Source of the DNA: Christensenellales bacterium
GTDB taxonomy: Bacteria > Bacillota > Clostridia > Christensenellales > UBA1431
Length of the DNA stretch: 64,000 nt
Direction of reading: 5' to 3'
Assembly (NCBI GenBank): GCA_040772545.1
Contig: JAXGXY010000004.1
Span: 25,613-89,612, forward strand
Shown here: positions 27,492-37,126 of the stretch, one piece after another
How the letters are laid out: every line of letters begins with the position of its first letter
Numbering within the stretch: position 1 is the first letter of the stretch
Notes under the pieces: model-generated
The model's database searches: none
Seen by the model: the letters and a program-made list of their open reading frames with translations, nothing else
What the model was told of the DNA's origin: nothing
Position numbers and translations under genes: made by a program

Positions 27492-28880
27492 ATGAAAAGA
27501 ACACTCGCCCTGATCCTCGCGCTGTGCCTCGCCCTGTTAACGGCAGGCTGCGAAAGACCGTCGGCACCGGAAAAAAAGCCGACCGTCCCGCCCGCGCAGA
27601 GCCGGTCCGACGAGTACAGGCTCGTCACTTCCGGCTGCGTGCTGCCCAAAATGGCGGCGTGCGTCGTTCTCGTCGATTTCGCGGACATCGCGTGTTCCAC
27701 CGAAGAAGCACAGTGGGCCGACAGGTTCTTCGGGCACAGGGACAGCCTGAGGGCGTTTTATCTGTCCGCTTCGAAAAAACGGCTCGACATCGTGCCCGCC
27801 GCGGAAACTTACGGGAAAAACGACGGCGTGGTGCGCATCACGCTCGCGGAAAACCATCCGTCCGGCGTGCACCTTGACGATGACGACTTCACGCACAGCC
27901 TGGTGAACCGGGCCCTGCGAAAGGCCGACCCGTATCTCGATTTTTCCGCATACGACCGGAACGGAGACGGGGCGCTCTGGTCGACGGAGTTCACGCCCTT
28001 CATCGTCCTTGCCGGGTACGAGCAGGACTTCGAAGAGTACGCAAACGACCCTTCGGTGGGCGCGCACATGCATTTCACCGACGATGACGGTTCCTCGCTG
28101 GTCCTCGACGGTGTCTCGAACGACGTCTATATCATGATCGGCGAACTCGTCTACGACTACGTGAAAAAGGAGAATATGCTCAACACCGTGGAGATCATCG
28201 CGCACGAGACCGGGCATGCGCTGGGCCTGCCCGACCTGTACGACACCGACGACAGCAGCCTGGGCGTGGGCATCCATTCGACGATGGGGGGCTGCATCTA
28301 CAAGGACCGCAGCGGGAAGATGAACGAGAATCCCGTGGAACTCGATTCCTGGTCCAAGCTGTTCCTGGGGTTCTTAAAGCCGCAGGTGGTGACCAAGGCC
28401 GGGGAATACATCCTCTACGACGACTATACGGGCCTTGGGAACATCCTGCTCATCCCCACGCAGGACCCCGACGAGTTCTTCCTGCTGGAGAACAGGCAGC
28501 TCGTGCATTATGACGCGGTACTTTCAGACTACATGGGCCGCGGCGGCATATCGATATGGCACGTAAACAGCCGGCACATCGACCCGAACGTCTATAACGT
28601 GGACGGGTTCGTGAACGTCAGCGCGGTCAACGATAACGAAGCCAGAAAAGGCGTGGACCTCGAGGAGGCCAACGAAGCGGTGCTGGGCTACGCGCAGCTG
28701 GACCGGCACGAGGAAGAATACTTTAACGACTACGACCATTACTTCTCGGCAGCGGGAAACGACACCTTCGGCCCCAATACCCAGCCTTCGTCGGCGCTGA
28801 CGGACGGCAGGGCGACGGGCATCACCATCCGCGTGCTCTCCGACGGCCTCGCGTCGAAGGTCGAGATCGATTTTGAGTAG
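27492..28880 (+). CDS. M6-family (immune inhibitor A-like) zinc metalloprotease lipoprotein
   Basis: Lipobox MKRTLALILALCLALLTAGC. The zinc motif IAHETGHALGLPDLYD matches M6 HExxHxxGxPDxY. AGGAAG RBS lies before the ATG at 27492. Confidence 0.8.
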   Translation: MKRTLALILALCLALLTAGCERPSAPEKKPTVPPAQSRSDEYRLVTSGCVLPKMAACVVLVDFADIACSTEEAQWADRFFGHRDSLRAFYLSASKKRLDIVPAAETYGKNDGVVRITLAENHPSGVHLDDDDFTHSLVNRALRKADPYLDFSAYDRNGDGALWSTEFTPFIVLAGYEQDFEEYANDPSVGAHMHFTDDDGSSLVLDGVSNDVYIMIGELVYDYVKKENMLNTVEIIAHETGHALGLPDLYDTDDSSLGVGIHSTMGGCIYKDRSGKMNENPVELDSWSKLFLGFLKPQVVTKAGEYILYDDYTGLGNILLIPTQDPDEFFLLENRQLVHYDAVLSDYMGRGGISIWHVNSRHIDPNVYNVDGFVNVSAVNDNEARKGVDLEEANEAVLGYAQLDRHEEEYFNDYDHYFSAAGNDTFGPNTQPSSALTDGRATGITIRVLSDGLASKVEIDFE

Positions 28881-28920
28881 CGCCCTATTATGATGGAAAG
28901 TTCTCTAAATAGAAAAGCAC

Positions 28921-28940
28921 GAGAGGGCGACAGCCCTCTC
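28921..28940. terminator. Hairpin between convergent genes, with a T-run only on the minus strand
   Basis: GAGAGGGC-gaca-GCCCTCTC. It is preceded by aaatagaaaag, which reads as a T-rich tail on the minus strand downstream of the DUF4177 gene. Confidence 0.5.
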
Positions 28941-29016
28941 CCGTATCCAAGCCCTTCCGCGCCGGTATCGTCTTTGTGTGTTCCGATATACGGACAATAG
29001 TTTGCTTGCTGAGGGC

Positions 29017-29214
29017 TTATCGTATTTTACGTTTGAATATCGAGATGATCCACCTCGTGCTGCCGTAGCTTTGAGCGGCGGCAACGGTGCTTACCAATTC
29101 CCAGCCCTGCAATCCATATTCATTCAATTCATTTTGAAATGTGCCACGATCAACCTTCCCACCCAACACTCCTTTGGCGTCTGTAAACAGTGTTCTGTAT
29201 TCATACTTCTCCAT
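29017..29214 (-). CDS. DUF4177-domain small protein
   Basis: MEKYEYRTLFTDAKGVLGGKVD...LNEYGLQGWELVS matches the DUF4177 pattern. The local sequence is clearly more AT-rich than its surroundings. Confidence 0.65.
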   Translation of the reverse strand: MEKYEYRTLFTDAKGVLGGKVDRGTFQNELNEYGLQGWELVSTVAAAQSYGSTRWIISIFKRKIR

Positions 29215-29440
29215 AATGACACCCCCGCAGAATCATCCGATTTTGCTTAGTGAAAGTTTAATAAAAAAACCTGTATTTCAGTAAGCCCTAAACGAACTTC
29301 CATTTGTCTCTTGCAAGCACATCAAAATGAAAGGTGTTCTGCAATAATTCCCAGTGACGGCACATCCTTGCGGGCGCCTTTAATCATTTCAGGGCGGTTG
29401 CCTGTCTGATGAAGCCGGGGCGAACCAACTCTCGCGCCCG

Positions 29441-31219
29441 CTATTCCAATACCGCGCGGATGCGGCGCACGCCCGCAGAGGAACTTTCTTCCTTCTTGAT
29501 CCTGAACCTCCCGAGCGCGCCTGTGCGCTCCACATGCGGCCCGCCGCAGATTTCCCGAGACAAGTCGCCGACCGAGTACACCTTGACGACGTTGTCGTAA
29601 CGCGCGTCGAAAACGCCCGTCGCCCCGCTGGCGCGCGCCTCTTCCACCGGCATCTCCTCGCAGTTGACCTCATGGTCGGCCGCGATGGCCTCGTTGACCA
29701 GCGCCTCCACCTTTGACAGCTCCTCCTTCGTCAGCTTCCTGGGGAAGGAAAAGTCGAAGCGCAGGCGTTCGGCGGTGATGTTGCTCCCCTTCTGGGAGAC
29801 CTCGTCCCCCAGTACCCGGCGAAGCGAGGCGAGCAGGAGATGCGTGGCCGTGTGCAGGCGCGTGGTCATTTCGGAGGCGTCCGCGAGCCCGCCCTTGAAG
29901 CGCTGGGACGCGCCGGCCTGCGAAACCTGCCGGTGCTTTTCGAAGCTCTCGTCGAAACCGGACCTGTCCACCGTAAGGTTGCGTTCGGCCGCGAGCTCGA
30001 CGGTCAGTTCGATGGGGAAGCCGTAGGTGTCGTAGAGCCGGAAGGCGTCGGGGCCTTCTATCACGCTGCCGCGGAGGCGCGAGACGAGCTTGTCGAATTC
30101 CCTGAGCCCGTGCGTGATCGTGTTCGCGAACCGGTCCTCCTCGAGGGTCAGCTCCCGCATGACGGCCTCGCGGTTCTCATTTAGCTCCGGATAAACGCCG
30201 CCGTACTGGTCCACGACCGCGGCGGCCACGTGGATGAGCCCGCCTTTTTCGATACCCAGCTGCATGCCGAAGCGGACGGAGCGCCGTATCAGGCGCCGGA
30301 GTACGTAGCCCTGGTCGACGTTTGAAGGGGTGACGCCGCGCTGGTCGCCCAGTATGAACGTCGCGCAGCGGATGTGGTCGGCGACGATGCGCATCGCGCG
30401 CGTCGTGCCTTCGTCCTGCCCGTAGCGTTTCGCGCAGAGTTCGCCGATCACGCGCATGATCCCGGTGAAGACGTCGGTCTCGTATACGGAAGCCTTCCCC
30501 TGCAGGATGCAGGCCGTGCGGTCGAGGCCCATGCCGGTGTCCACGTTTTTCTGCCGCAGCATCTCGTACTTCCCGTCCGCGGTCTTGTTGTATTCCATGA
30601 ATACGTCGTTCCAGATCTCGAGGTACTTCCCGCAGCCGCAGGCCGGGTTGCACCGCGGGGAACAGGGGGGCTTGCCGGTGTCGATGAACATTTCGGTATC
30701 CGGCCCGCACGGGCCCGTCCGGCCGGCGGGGCCCCACCAGTTGTACTTTTTCGGGAGGTAGAAGATGTGGTCATCCCTTACGCCCATCGCCTTCCAGTGC
30801 CCCGCGGACTCCTCGTCGCGCGGGGCGTCGGCGTCGCCCTCGAACACGGTGAAGAAGAGCTTTTCCGGGTCGAGTGCGAGCCATTTGGGCGAGGTAAGGA
30901 ACTCGTAGCTCCAGGCGATGGCCTCTTTCTTGAAATAGTCGCCCAGCGACCAATTCCCGAGCATCTCGAAGAACGTGCAGTGCGACGCGTCGCCCACCGA
31001 ATCGATGTCGCCGGTGCGCACGCATTTCTGCACGTCGGCCAGGCGTTTGCCCTCCGGATGGGACTGCCCCATCAGGTAGGGGACCAGCGGGTGCATCCCC
31101 GCCGTGGTGAAGAGCACGGTCGGGTCGTTTTCGGGAATGAGCGAGGCGCTCGGGATGATGGCGTGCCCGCGCTCCCTGAAAAAGGTCAGGTACATATCTC
31201 GAAGTTCGTCTGCTCTCAT
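29441..31219 (-). CDS. alaS: Alanine--tRNA ligase, short form (592 aa) ending after the editing domain, with no C-Ala domain
   Basis: FFRERGHAIIPSASLIPENDPTVLFTTAGMHP, HCTFFEMLGNWSLGDYFK, EIWNDVFMEYN, editing-domain HTATHLL and CGGPHV, and a final GVRRIRAVLE. GGAG RBS lies before the ATG at 31219. The track start at 31303 is unlikely. Confidence 0.85.
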   Translation of the reverse strand: MRADELRDMYLTFFRERGHAIIPSASLIPENDPTVLFTTAGMHPLVPYLMGQSHPEGKRLADVQKCVRTGDIDSVGDASHCTFFEMLGNWSLGDYFKKEAIAWSYEFLTSPKWLALDPEKLFFTVFEGDADAPRDEESAGHWKAMGVRDDHIFYLPKKYNWWGPAGRTGPCGPDTEMFIDTGKPPCSPRCNPACGCGKYLEIWNDVFMEYNKTADGKYEMLRQKNVDTGMGLDRTACILQGKASVYETDVFTGIMRVIGELCAKRYGQDEGTTRAMRIVADHIRCATFILGDQRGVTPSNVDQGYVLRRLIRRSVRFGMQLGIEKGGLIHVAAAVVDQYGGVYPELNENREAVMRELTLEEDRFANTITHGLREFDKLVSRLRGSVIEGPDAFRLYDTYGFPIELTVELAAERNLTVDRSGFDESFEKHRQVSQAGASQRFKGGLADASEMTTRLHTATHLLLASLRRVLGDEVSQKGSNITAERLRFDFSFPRKLTKEELSKVEALVNEAIAADHEVNCEEMPVEEARASGATGVFDARYDNVVKVYSVGDLSREICGGPHVERTGALGRFRIKKEESSSAGVRRIRAVLE

Positions 31220-31340
31220 GCAAAATCTCCTTACAGCGTAAAATGAAAACCCCCGTGGCACACGCAAAGGCCTGCCTGTGTCCGGCGGGTGATAAATTCG
31301 CACGTATTAATAATAAAGCATACAAACGGGCGGTTGTCAA

Positions 31341-31412
31341 CGTCGGAGCAAACTCCCCGTTGCATAATCGCCTTTGCGCTTGCGCAAAGGCGAGCGGGTG
31401 CGGAGTTTGCGC
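31341..31412 (+). repeat. Solo type I module (long imperfect hairpin)
   Basis: CGGAGCAAACTCC...CGCCTTTGCGC-tt-GCGCAAAGGCG...GCGGAGTTTGC. It matches the reverse complement of 2711-2760. Confidence 0.75.
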
Positions 31413-31420
31413 AGGCGGGG

Positions 31421-32815
31421 TCAGGTGCAGAGCGTGACGATGGCGTCCGCGATCATGCGCGCGTTGAAACCCAGCATTTCCAGCGGGACGTACTCGTTTG
31501 CCTGGTGCGCCAGATGATCGGCCGTCTCCATGTTCGGCCCGAAGGACACGGCGTTCTTTACGGAACGGGCGTAGGTCGCGCCGCCGATAGAGCGGCAGTA
31601 TGCCTTCGCGCCGGTCTGGCGCGCATAGACCATCAAAAGCTTCTGCACGAGTTCCGAGTCTTCGCTCACGAAATGCGGAGGGAGGCTGTGGCGGATGCCG
31701 ACTTCGAATCCCGGAAGCTCCATAGCCGCCGCGATGCGCGAAAGGATGTCCTCGCTGCCAAAAGAGATGGGGTAACGAATGTCCCACTGCATGGACATCT
31801 CGCGTTGGTCCATTTCCAGCACGCCGACGTTGACGGTGAGCGCGCCCGACACCTCGTCGCGGAGGTCGAGGCCGATGGACTGCCCGCCGAGTTCCCCGGC
31901 CACCCTGCGGGCGAGGAAGGCGATCGCGTTGGCCGGGCCGCCGGGCTGCAGGCCCAGGCCGTAGAGCGCCGACGCGAGCAGGCATATCGCGTTTTTGCCG
32001 AGTTCGGGCGTCGAGCCGTGCGCGCTCACGCCCCTGCACACGAGGCGGGCGCGGCCGTCGGGAAGCACCGCGCATTCGACGCCCTCCGGGAGCGCGGGAA
32101 CGAGGGAATCGGCCGTCAGCGCGGCGCCGTCGCCGCCGGAAACCACGGCTTCGGCGTGGTCGGGCACCATGTTCACGCGGGATCCGCCCCTGAACGAAAG
32201 CACTTTCAGGCCGTCTTCGCCGGGCTTCGCCGAAAACTTCTTCGAAATATCCAGGTGCAGCACGCCCTTCTCGGCGTTGATGACCGGATACTCGCAATCG
32301 GGCGAGAAGGCGAGGTCGGGCATCGGACGGTGGCGCTTGTAGTAGTCCATATCCGCCCAGCCGCTCTCTTCGTCGCACCCGGCCATGAAGCGGACGCGGC
32401 GTTTGAGGCCGATGCCCCGTTCCTTCACCGCCGCGAGGGCATAGAGCGCGCTTATCACCGCGCCCTTGTCGTCGGTCGTGCCGCGCCCGTACATGCGCCC
32501 GCCTTCGATATGGGCCGAGAACGGGCCGAAACCCCATCCGCCGCCGGCGGGCACGACGTCCAGATGCGTCATGATCCCGAGCGTCTCTTCGCCTTCGCCG
32601 TAATCGACCAGCGCCATGTGCCCGTCCAGGTTTTCCGGCTGGAAGCCGAGCGCTCTGCCCAGGGCGAGCGTGTACTCGAGCGCCTCGTTCACGGGCTTTC
32701 CGTACGGCATGCCCGGCAGAGGCGGTTCCTTGACGCTGGGTATCCTGACGAGGCCGGCGAGCGCGCCGATCATTTCCTCATTTTTTTCATCTATATAATC
32801 GTTGATGCGTTTCAT
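31421..32815 (-). CDS. pepV: M20-family dipeptidase (PepV/Sapep-like)
   Basis: MKRINDYIDEKNEEMIGALAGLVRIPSV, GIMTHLDVVPAG and GRGTTDDKG are M20 motifs. The track start at 32872 is a likely over-extension. Confidence 0.85.
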   Translation of the reverse strand: MKRINDYIDEKNEEMIGALAGLVRIPSVKEPPLPGMPYGKPVNEALEYTLALGRALGFQPENLDGHMALVDYGEGEETLGIMTHLDVVPAGGGWGFGPFSAHIEGGRMYGRGTTDDKGAVISALYALAAVKERGIGLKRRVRFMAGCDEESGWADMDYYKRHRPMPDLAFSPDCEYPVINAEKGVLHLDISKKFSAKPGEDGLKVLSFRGGSRVNMVPDHAEAVVSGGDGAALTADSLVPALPEGVECAVLPDGRARLVCRGVSAHGSTPELGKNAICLLASALYGLGLQPGGPANAIAFLARRVAGELGGQSIGLDLRDEVSGALTVNVGVLEMDQREMSMQWDIRYPISFGSEDILSRIAAAMELPGFEVGIRHSLPPHFVSEDSELVQKLLMVYARQTGAKAYCRSIGGATYARSVKNAVSFGPNMETADHLAHQANEYVPLEMLGFNARMIADAIVTLCT

Positions 32816-33077
32816 CCTCCAAGAAGACCTCCTTAAGAATTTCAGTATAGCCTTAACCCGGACCGCTGTCAAACTCCCGCAGATCAGGTTCGCGGGCCAC
32901 AGGTGCCGCCGGCCTCGAGGAAGGCGCGGGCGGCGCCGGGGGAAACGGCGGCGCCAATAGGGGGTCGGAAATGCTGTTAACCGGTATATGATTCGAGGAA
33001 GGATTTTGTGCCCCCGGCGGGGAATATATCGAAAGACTGATATATTCTTTGAAAACTCTGGATTCCCGGGGGAAAAG

Positions 33078-33797
33078 ATGCACGAAGGACATAGAAAACG
33101 GCATAAGGAAAGGTATTTGAAGGAAGGGCTGGAAGGTTTCGGGGACCACGAAGTCCTCGAACTGCTCCTGTTCTACTGTATACCCCGCAGAGACACGAAC
33201 ACGGTCGCGCATAAACTGCTGGACCGCTTCGGTTCGCTTAACGCCGTGCTCGACGCCGACCCCGCCGACCTGCAGGCCGTAGAGGGCATCGGCGAACACA
33301 GCGCCGTGCTGATCTCCCTTATCCCCCACATCGCGAGGCGGTACGAACTTGCGGCGATCGGGGAGCGGCCGCTGCTGGACAGCACCGCCAAGGCAGGGGC
33401 CTACGCCATGGCGCTGTTGAAGGGCGTGCCGGTCGAACGGTTCTACCTCATCTGCCTGGATTCGCAGTGCCGCGTGACCTACGCCGCGCTGCTGCAGGAG
33501 GGCACGATCAACCAGGCCGCGGTCTACCCGCGGATGGTGGTGGAGGCCGCGCTCCGGCACAGGGCCAACAGCCTTATCCTCGCGCACAACCACCCGGGCG
33601 GCGTGCTGAAGCCGTCCAATGCGGACATCCGCGTGACGCGGGCGGTGATGGACGCCGTCAAGCCGCTGGGCATCGACGTGCTGGACCATATCATCGTTTC
33701 GAGCAGGGGATATTTCAGCTTCGTGGCCGAGCGCAGCATGACCGGGATGGACGTGAAACAGGCGCATGCGGGGTACGCCGCCGAGCCCGAAAAATGA
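33078..33797 (+). CDS. radC: RadC-family JAB-domain protein
   Basis: GHRKRHKERYLKEGLEGFGDHEVLELLLFY, HhH (LQAVEGIGE) and the JAMM motif ILAHNHPGG. Confidence 0.9.
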   Translation: MHEGHRKRHKERYLKEGLEGFGDHEVLELLLFYCIPRRDTNTVAHKLLDRFGSLNAVLDADPADLQAVEGIGEHSAVLISLIPHIARRYELAAIGERPLLDSTAKAGAYAMALLKGVPVERFYLICLDSQCRVTYAALLQEGTINQAAVYPRMVVEAALRHRANSLILAHNHPGGVLKPSNADIRVTRAVMDAVKPLGIDVLDHIIVSSRGYFSFVAERSMTGMDVKQAHAGYAAEPEK

Positions 33798-33841
33798 CGA
33801 CCGAACTCCGAGCGTGAGCCGGACGGGGCGGTTCAGACCGC

Positions 33842-33872
33842 AAAACAAAACTCCCTGGCGGTGTGCCGGGAG
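33842..33872 (-). terminator. Terminator of the dnaD-like/dnaC-like operon
   Basis: On the minus strand: CTCCCGGC-acacc-GCC(A)GGGAG followed by TTTTGTTTT. Confidence 0.55.
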
Positions 33873-33890
33873 CCTGAAACGGGTGTTTTG

Positions 33891-34844
33891 TCAGTATTTG
33901 CGGATGTCGCAGCCCCTGAGGTGGAAACGGCGCGTGTGCGCGGCGTCGAGCAGGCGGGAGACCATGCGCTCGCCGTAGCGTTCCTGTATCTCGTGAGGGA
34001 ACAGGTTGGTGGCCACGATGGTGTGCTTCGCCCTCAGGAGCCGCTCGTTGAACAGGGAAACGAAGTATTCCACGGTCACGTTGTTGTACAGGGGCTCGCT
34101 CCCCAGGTCGTCGCAGACCAGCAGGTCGGCGCCATACAGGGGAGAGAGGTCGGTCCCCGCGCCGAGATGCTTTTGCAGGCAGAATTCCCCGAGCGAAAAC
34201 GCGGTGAAGCGCAATACGTTAAATGACCTGTTCAAAAGACAGCCCGTGATGCAGTTGAGCAGGTACGTCTTGCCTAGCCCGGTGTTTCCGTAAAACAGCA
34301 GGTTGGGCTTTTCGTTTTCGGGAAACTCCTTCGCATATTCGAGGCAGATGTCCCGAAGCTGGCGCATGTACTCGCGCTGCGGCGTTTTCGACCCCGGCGG
34401 GATCTCGTTGGGGAACACGCCGAGGTCGAAGTTTTCGAAGCTCTGATTCTTCAATATCTCCTTATCGTTGGGCGCGTACCGCTCCTCGTTCAGGCGGCGG
34501 ACGAAACAGGCGCAGCGCGTCTTGACAGGGTTTCCCACGAAGCCGGTGTCCCGGCAGTCCGGGCAGCGGTAGGCCATCTCGAGGTAATCTTTCGGAAGGC
34601 CGGCGCTTTCGAGCAGCCCGGCGCGTTTTATGTAAAGCTCCTTTAATGCGTCCCCGGTCGCCTGCGCGTCGTCCGCGCCCGGACCGAAAAGGAGGCGCAG
34701 CCGCTCGTTTTCGAGTTCGGCAAGCGCCGGGCAGAGAGAAACGGCGTGGGAAAAACGCTTTTCCTGGGCCAGGCGGTTGCGCCTCTGCCGGGCCTCGAAG
34801 TCCGCGATCACCCGTACAAGCGCCGCATCGGCCATTGTCAACAC
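33891..34844 (-). CDS. DnaC/DnaI-like AAA+ helicase loader
   Basis: Walker A LLFYGNTGLGKTYL, Walker B DLLVCDDLGSE and an N-terminal Cys cluster (CPDCRDTGF..CAC). Confidence 0.8.
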   Translation of the reverse strand: MLTMADAALVRVIADFEARQRRNRLAQEKRFSHAVSLCPALAELENERLRLLFGPGADDAQATGDALKELYIKRAGLLESAGLPKDYLEMAYRCPDCRDTGFVGNPVKTRCACFVRRLNEERYAPNDKEILKNQSFENFDLGVFPNEIPPGSKTPQREYMRQLRDICLEYAKEFPENEKPNLLFYGNTGLGKTYLLNCITGCLLNRSFNVLRFTAFSLGEFCLQKHLGAGTDLSPLYGADLLVCDDLGSEPLYNNVTVEYFVSLFNERLLRAKHTIVATNLFPHEIQERYGERMVSRLLDAAHTRRFHLRGCDIRKY

Positions 34845-34854
34845 TCCTTTTTTA

Positions 34855-36351
34855 TTAGGACGCGCTCAGGTCGTCGAAATCCCTGTCCAGGCCGTTCTGT
34901 TCCGGGGGACGCTGGTCATAGTTCAGGCCGTCCAGCTTCTTGCGGGAGGCGCCAGACTGTCTGTTGGCCGTGTGGGTCCTGCGCTCCGCCCTGGCCTGTT
35001 CGAGCGTGAGCACGCCTTTTTTATGGTAATTGGACAGGAGCTTTTGCAGGAACTGCCAGGGCTGGTTGGCGCCGGCCGAGAGCTCTGCGGCGAAGAGCAG
35101 AAGGCCTTCCTCCATGCCCCACGTGTCGCGCCATTTCGTGTAGGCGGCGCGGTCGCTCTGGCCGGGGGAACGAACGATCCCGGCGCGCCGGAAAACTTCG
35201 CCGAGCGCGCCGTCCAGCGCCCGTTCACATTCGAGCATCTCTTCGGCTTCGGAACAGGAATGGATGTTGCTGTTGTGCCAGCCTTCGAGCAGGCTGTTGA
35301 CGGCGGCGAAGGTGGCCCGCCCGTTTTCCGAGGCCCGGGTACAGGCGGCGAGTACGGTTTCGTGGTCCATGCCCCATTCGCGGGTCCAGCGCGCGTACTG
35401 TATGTTCTGCGCCTGAGTGGGCGAGACGCTCTTTTGGCCGAGGGCCAGCAGCACTTCGCGAAGCTTCGCACCAATCGTATCGCGCGCGGAGAAATGCGCC
35501 TCGATGTCGGCCGCTTTTACGAAGCCCTGTTCATAGAGCGAAGCGAGCACGCGATGGACGTAGGCGAGGTTCGGCTTCTGTATCTTGGTCGTTTCACGGC
35601 AGGCGAGCAGGATCGCGTCCAGCGTGAACCCCCATTCCTCCGTCCATTTGTTGAAAAGCCTGTTTTCGTCGACGGTGGGCGTGCGGAACACGCCTATGTG
35701 GGAGAGGACCTTCTGCGTCTGCGTGCTTTCGGAAGCGTGGCGGGCGATGCGCCGTTCCGCGTCCTCCAGCGTGCGCACCCCGTCGTTTGCCCAGCTGAGC
35801 GCCACCTTGTTCATGTAGGCAAGGCTCACCTGCCGGCCCTTGCGCTCGACGCAGTGGGAGACCATGTGCAGCACGGCCTCGGGTTCCATCCCCAGCACCT
35901 CGATCCAGTCGTAGATCTTCTGGAGGTCCTGCGTGTGCAGCAGCCGCCCGCCGAGCACGGACTGCAGGGAAATGTTGAAATCTGAGTACCGGGCCAGCTC
36001 CGGCGGGGTCTCGTAGTTGTTCTGGTACAGCCGGTTTTTGACGTTATAGAATTCGACGGTGAAAGGGTCCTGGGAGACGATGCGCACCAGTCCGTCCCGC
36101 GCCCAATAGGAAAACGCGTTGTACACCGTCTCGGTCTCGAGGCCGAGCGCGAGGGCGAAGGCTTCCGACGTCGGCTCCGCCGCGCCGGGGTGCAGGCACT
36201 GGTACAGTCCGTAGACGTATACTTTCACGAAATCCCCGGGGGCTTTGGTCAGGAATTCCTGGATGAACAAGTTTTCGAGCGGCGTGACGTCAAAGAGTAT
36301 GGCGCTGTCCGACAGTTTGCAAAAAGCCATGGCTTCTCTCCCGCATGACAT
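34855..36351 (-). CDS. DnaD/DnaB-like replication initiation/restart protein with several DnaD C-terminal repeats
   Basis: A repeated W..WG......I..A motif (YTKWRDTWGMEEGLLLFA, YARWTREWGMDHETVLAA, FNKWTEEWGFTLDAILLA). The alternative start at 36330 has a GGGAGAG RBS. Confidence 0.75.
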   Translation of the reverse strand: MSCGREAMAFCKLSDSAILFDVTPLENLFIQEFLTKAPGDFVKVYVYGLYQCLHPGAAEPTSEAFALALGLETETVYNAFSYWARDGLVRIVSQDPFTVEFYNVKNRLYQNNYETPPELARYSDFNISLQSVLGGRLLHTQDLQKIYDWIEVLGMEPEAVLHMVSHCVERKGRQVSLAYMNKVALSWANDGVRTLEDAERRIARHASESTQTQKVLSHIGVFRTPTVDENRLFNKWTEEWGFTLDAILLACRETTKIQKPNLAYVHRVLASLYEQGFVKAADIEAHFSARDTIGAKLREVLLALGQKSVSPTQAQNIQYARWTREWGMDHETVLAACTRASENGRATFAAVNSLLEGWHNSNIHSCSEAEEMLECERALDGALGEVFRRAGIVRSPGQSDRAAYTKWRDTWGMEEGLLLFAAELSAGANQPWQFLQKLLSNYHKKGVLTLEQARAERRTHTANRQSGASRKKLDGLNYDQRPPEQNGLDRDFDDLSAS

Positions 36352-36502
36352 TGACTCCGTGTGTGTATCCTATCATAGCATAAGCCCGCCTTGGGATGCG
36401 AAACCGGGATGGGGCGAAAAAGAGGATTCTCGTACAAAAATCGCCCGATCGGGCCCCTGTGCGGTAGTTTGGGACGAATCGGGCGAAAACGCTGAAACGG
36501 GG

Positions 36503-37126
36503 TTACCATGCAGCCGCGTCTGCGGCGGGGATCATGCCGGAATGGTTGAGCAGGGCGAAAAGGTACGGTTTTTCCTTGTCAAAACCCGTGAAAAGCCGGA
36601 GTTCCTCGCGATGGCGCACAATGATACCTTTTTTGCGCAGAAGCAACTCGATATGGCCGCTGTTTTCCGCGGCGAACTCGCGCACGTAGACCACCGGCAG
36701 CGCGAGCGCCAGATACTCCCCGGCTTCGGGGTTTTCCTCGTGCAGCGAGGAGATGTCGCGGTAGATGTCCAGCGCGGCGAAAGTCATTTCGGGGAAGATG
36801 TTCACGGTTTCGATCTGATGGTGCTCGCCGCTGTCCGAAGCGGACGTCCCGGCCAGGTAGAGTTCCAGCCCGTCTTCGGAAACGAAGACGCTGAACACGA
36901 CGCCTTCTACGTGTTTGGGAATGGGCGCCTCCTCGAATACGGAGCGGAGCCAGTGCACGAACTGCGCGTAGGACTCCAAAAATTCTTCGTGTTCGAACAA
37001 AGGCGTATCGGCGATGGAAAACCTTGCCTCCAGCTGCCTGTTGAGTAACGCCCACCCGTCCTCGAGACGGGGCAGGGCCGAAATGAGTTCGTCCATGCAT
37101 AAACCGACAGCATCGGGGTCGCTCAT
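36503..37126 (-). CDS. Acidic hypothetical protein (207 aa)
   Basis: The single long ORF has GC-rich third positions. No motif recognised. Confidence 0.55.
   Translation of the reverse strand: MSDPDAVGLCMDELISALPRLEDGWALLNRQLEARFSIADTPLFEHEEFLESYAQFVHWLRSVFEEAPIPKHVEGVVFSVFVSEDGLELYLAGTSASDSGEHHQIETVNIFPEMTFAALDIYRDISSLHEENPEAGEYLALALPVVYVREFAAENSGHIELLLRKKGIIVRHREELRLFTGFDKEKPYLFALLNHSGMIPAADAAAW

Noticed and set aside
33078-36351. RadC plus DnaC-like plus DnaD-like interpreted as a prophage or defence remnant.
   Set aside because: No integrase, repressor, structural or toxin genes are present. GC content and codon usage match the flanks. dnaD-like/dnaC(I)-like pairs are standard replication-restart genes in Clostridia.
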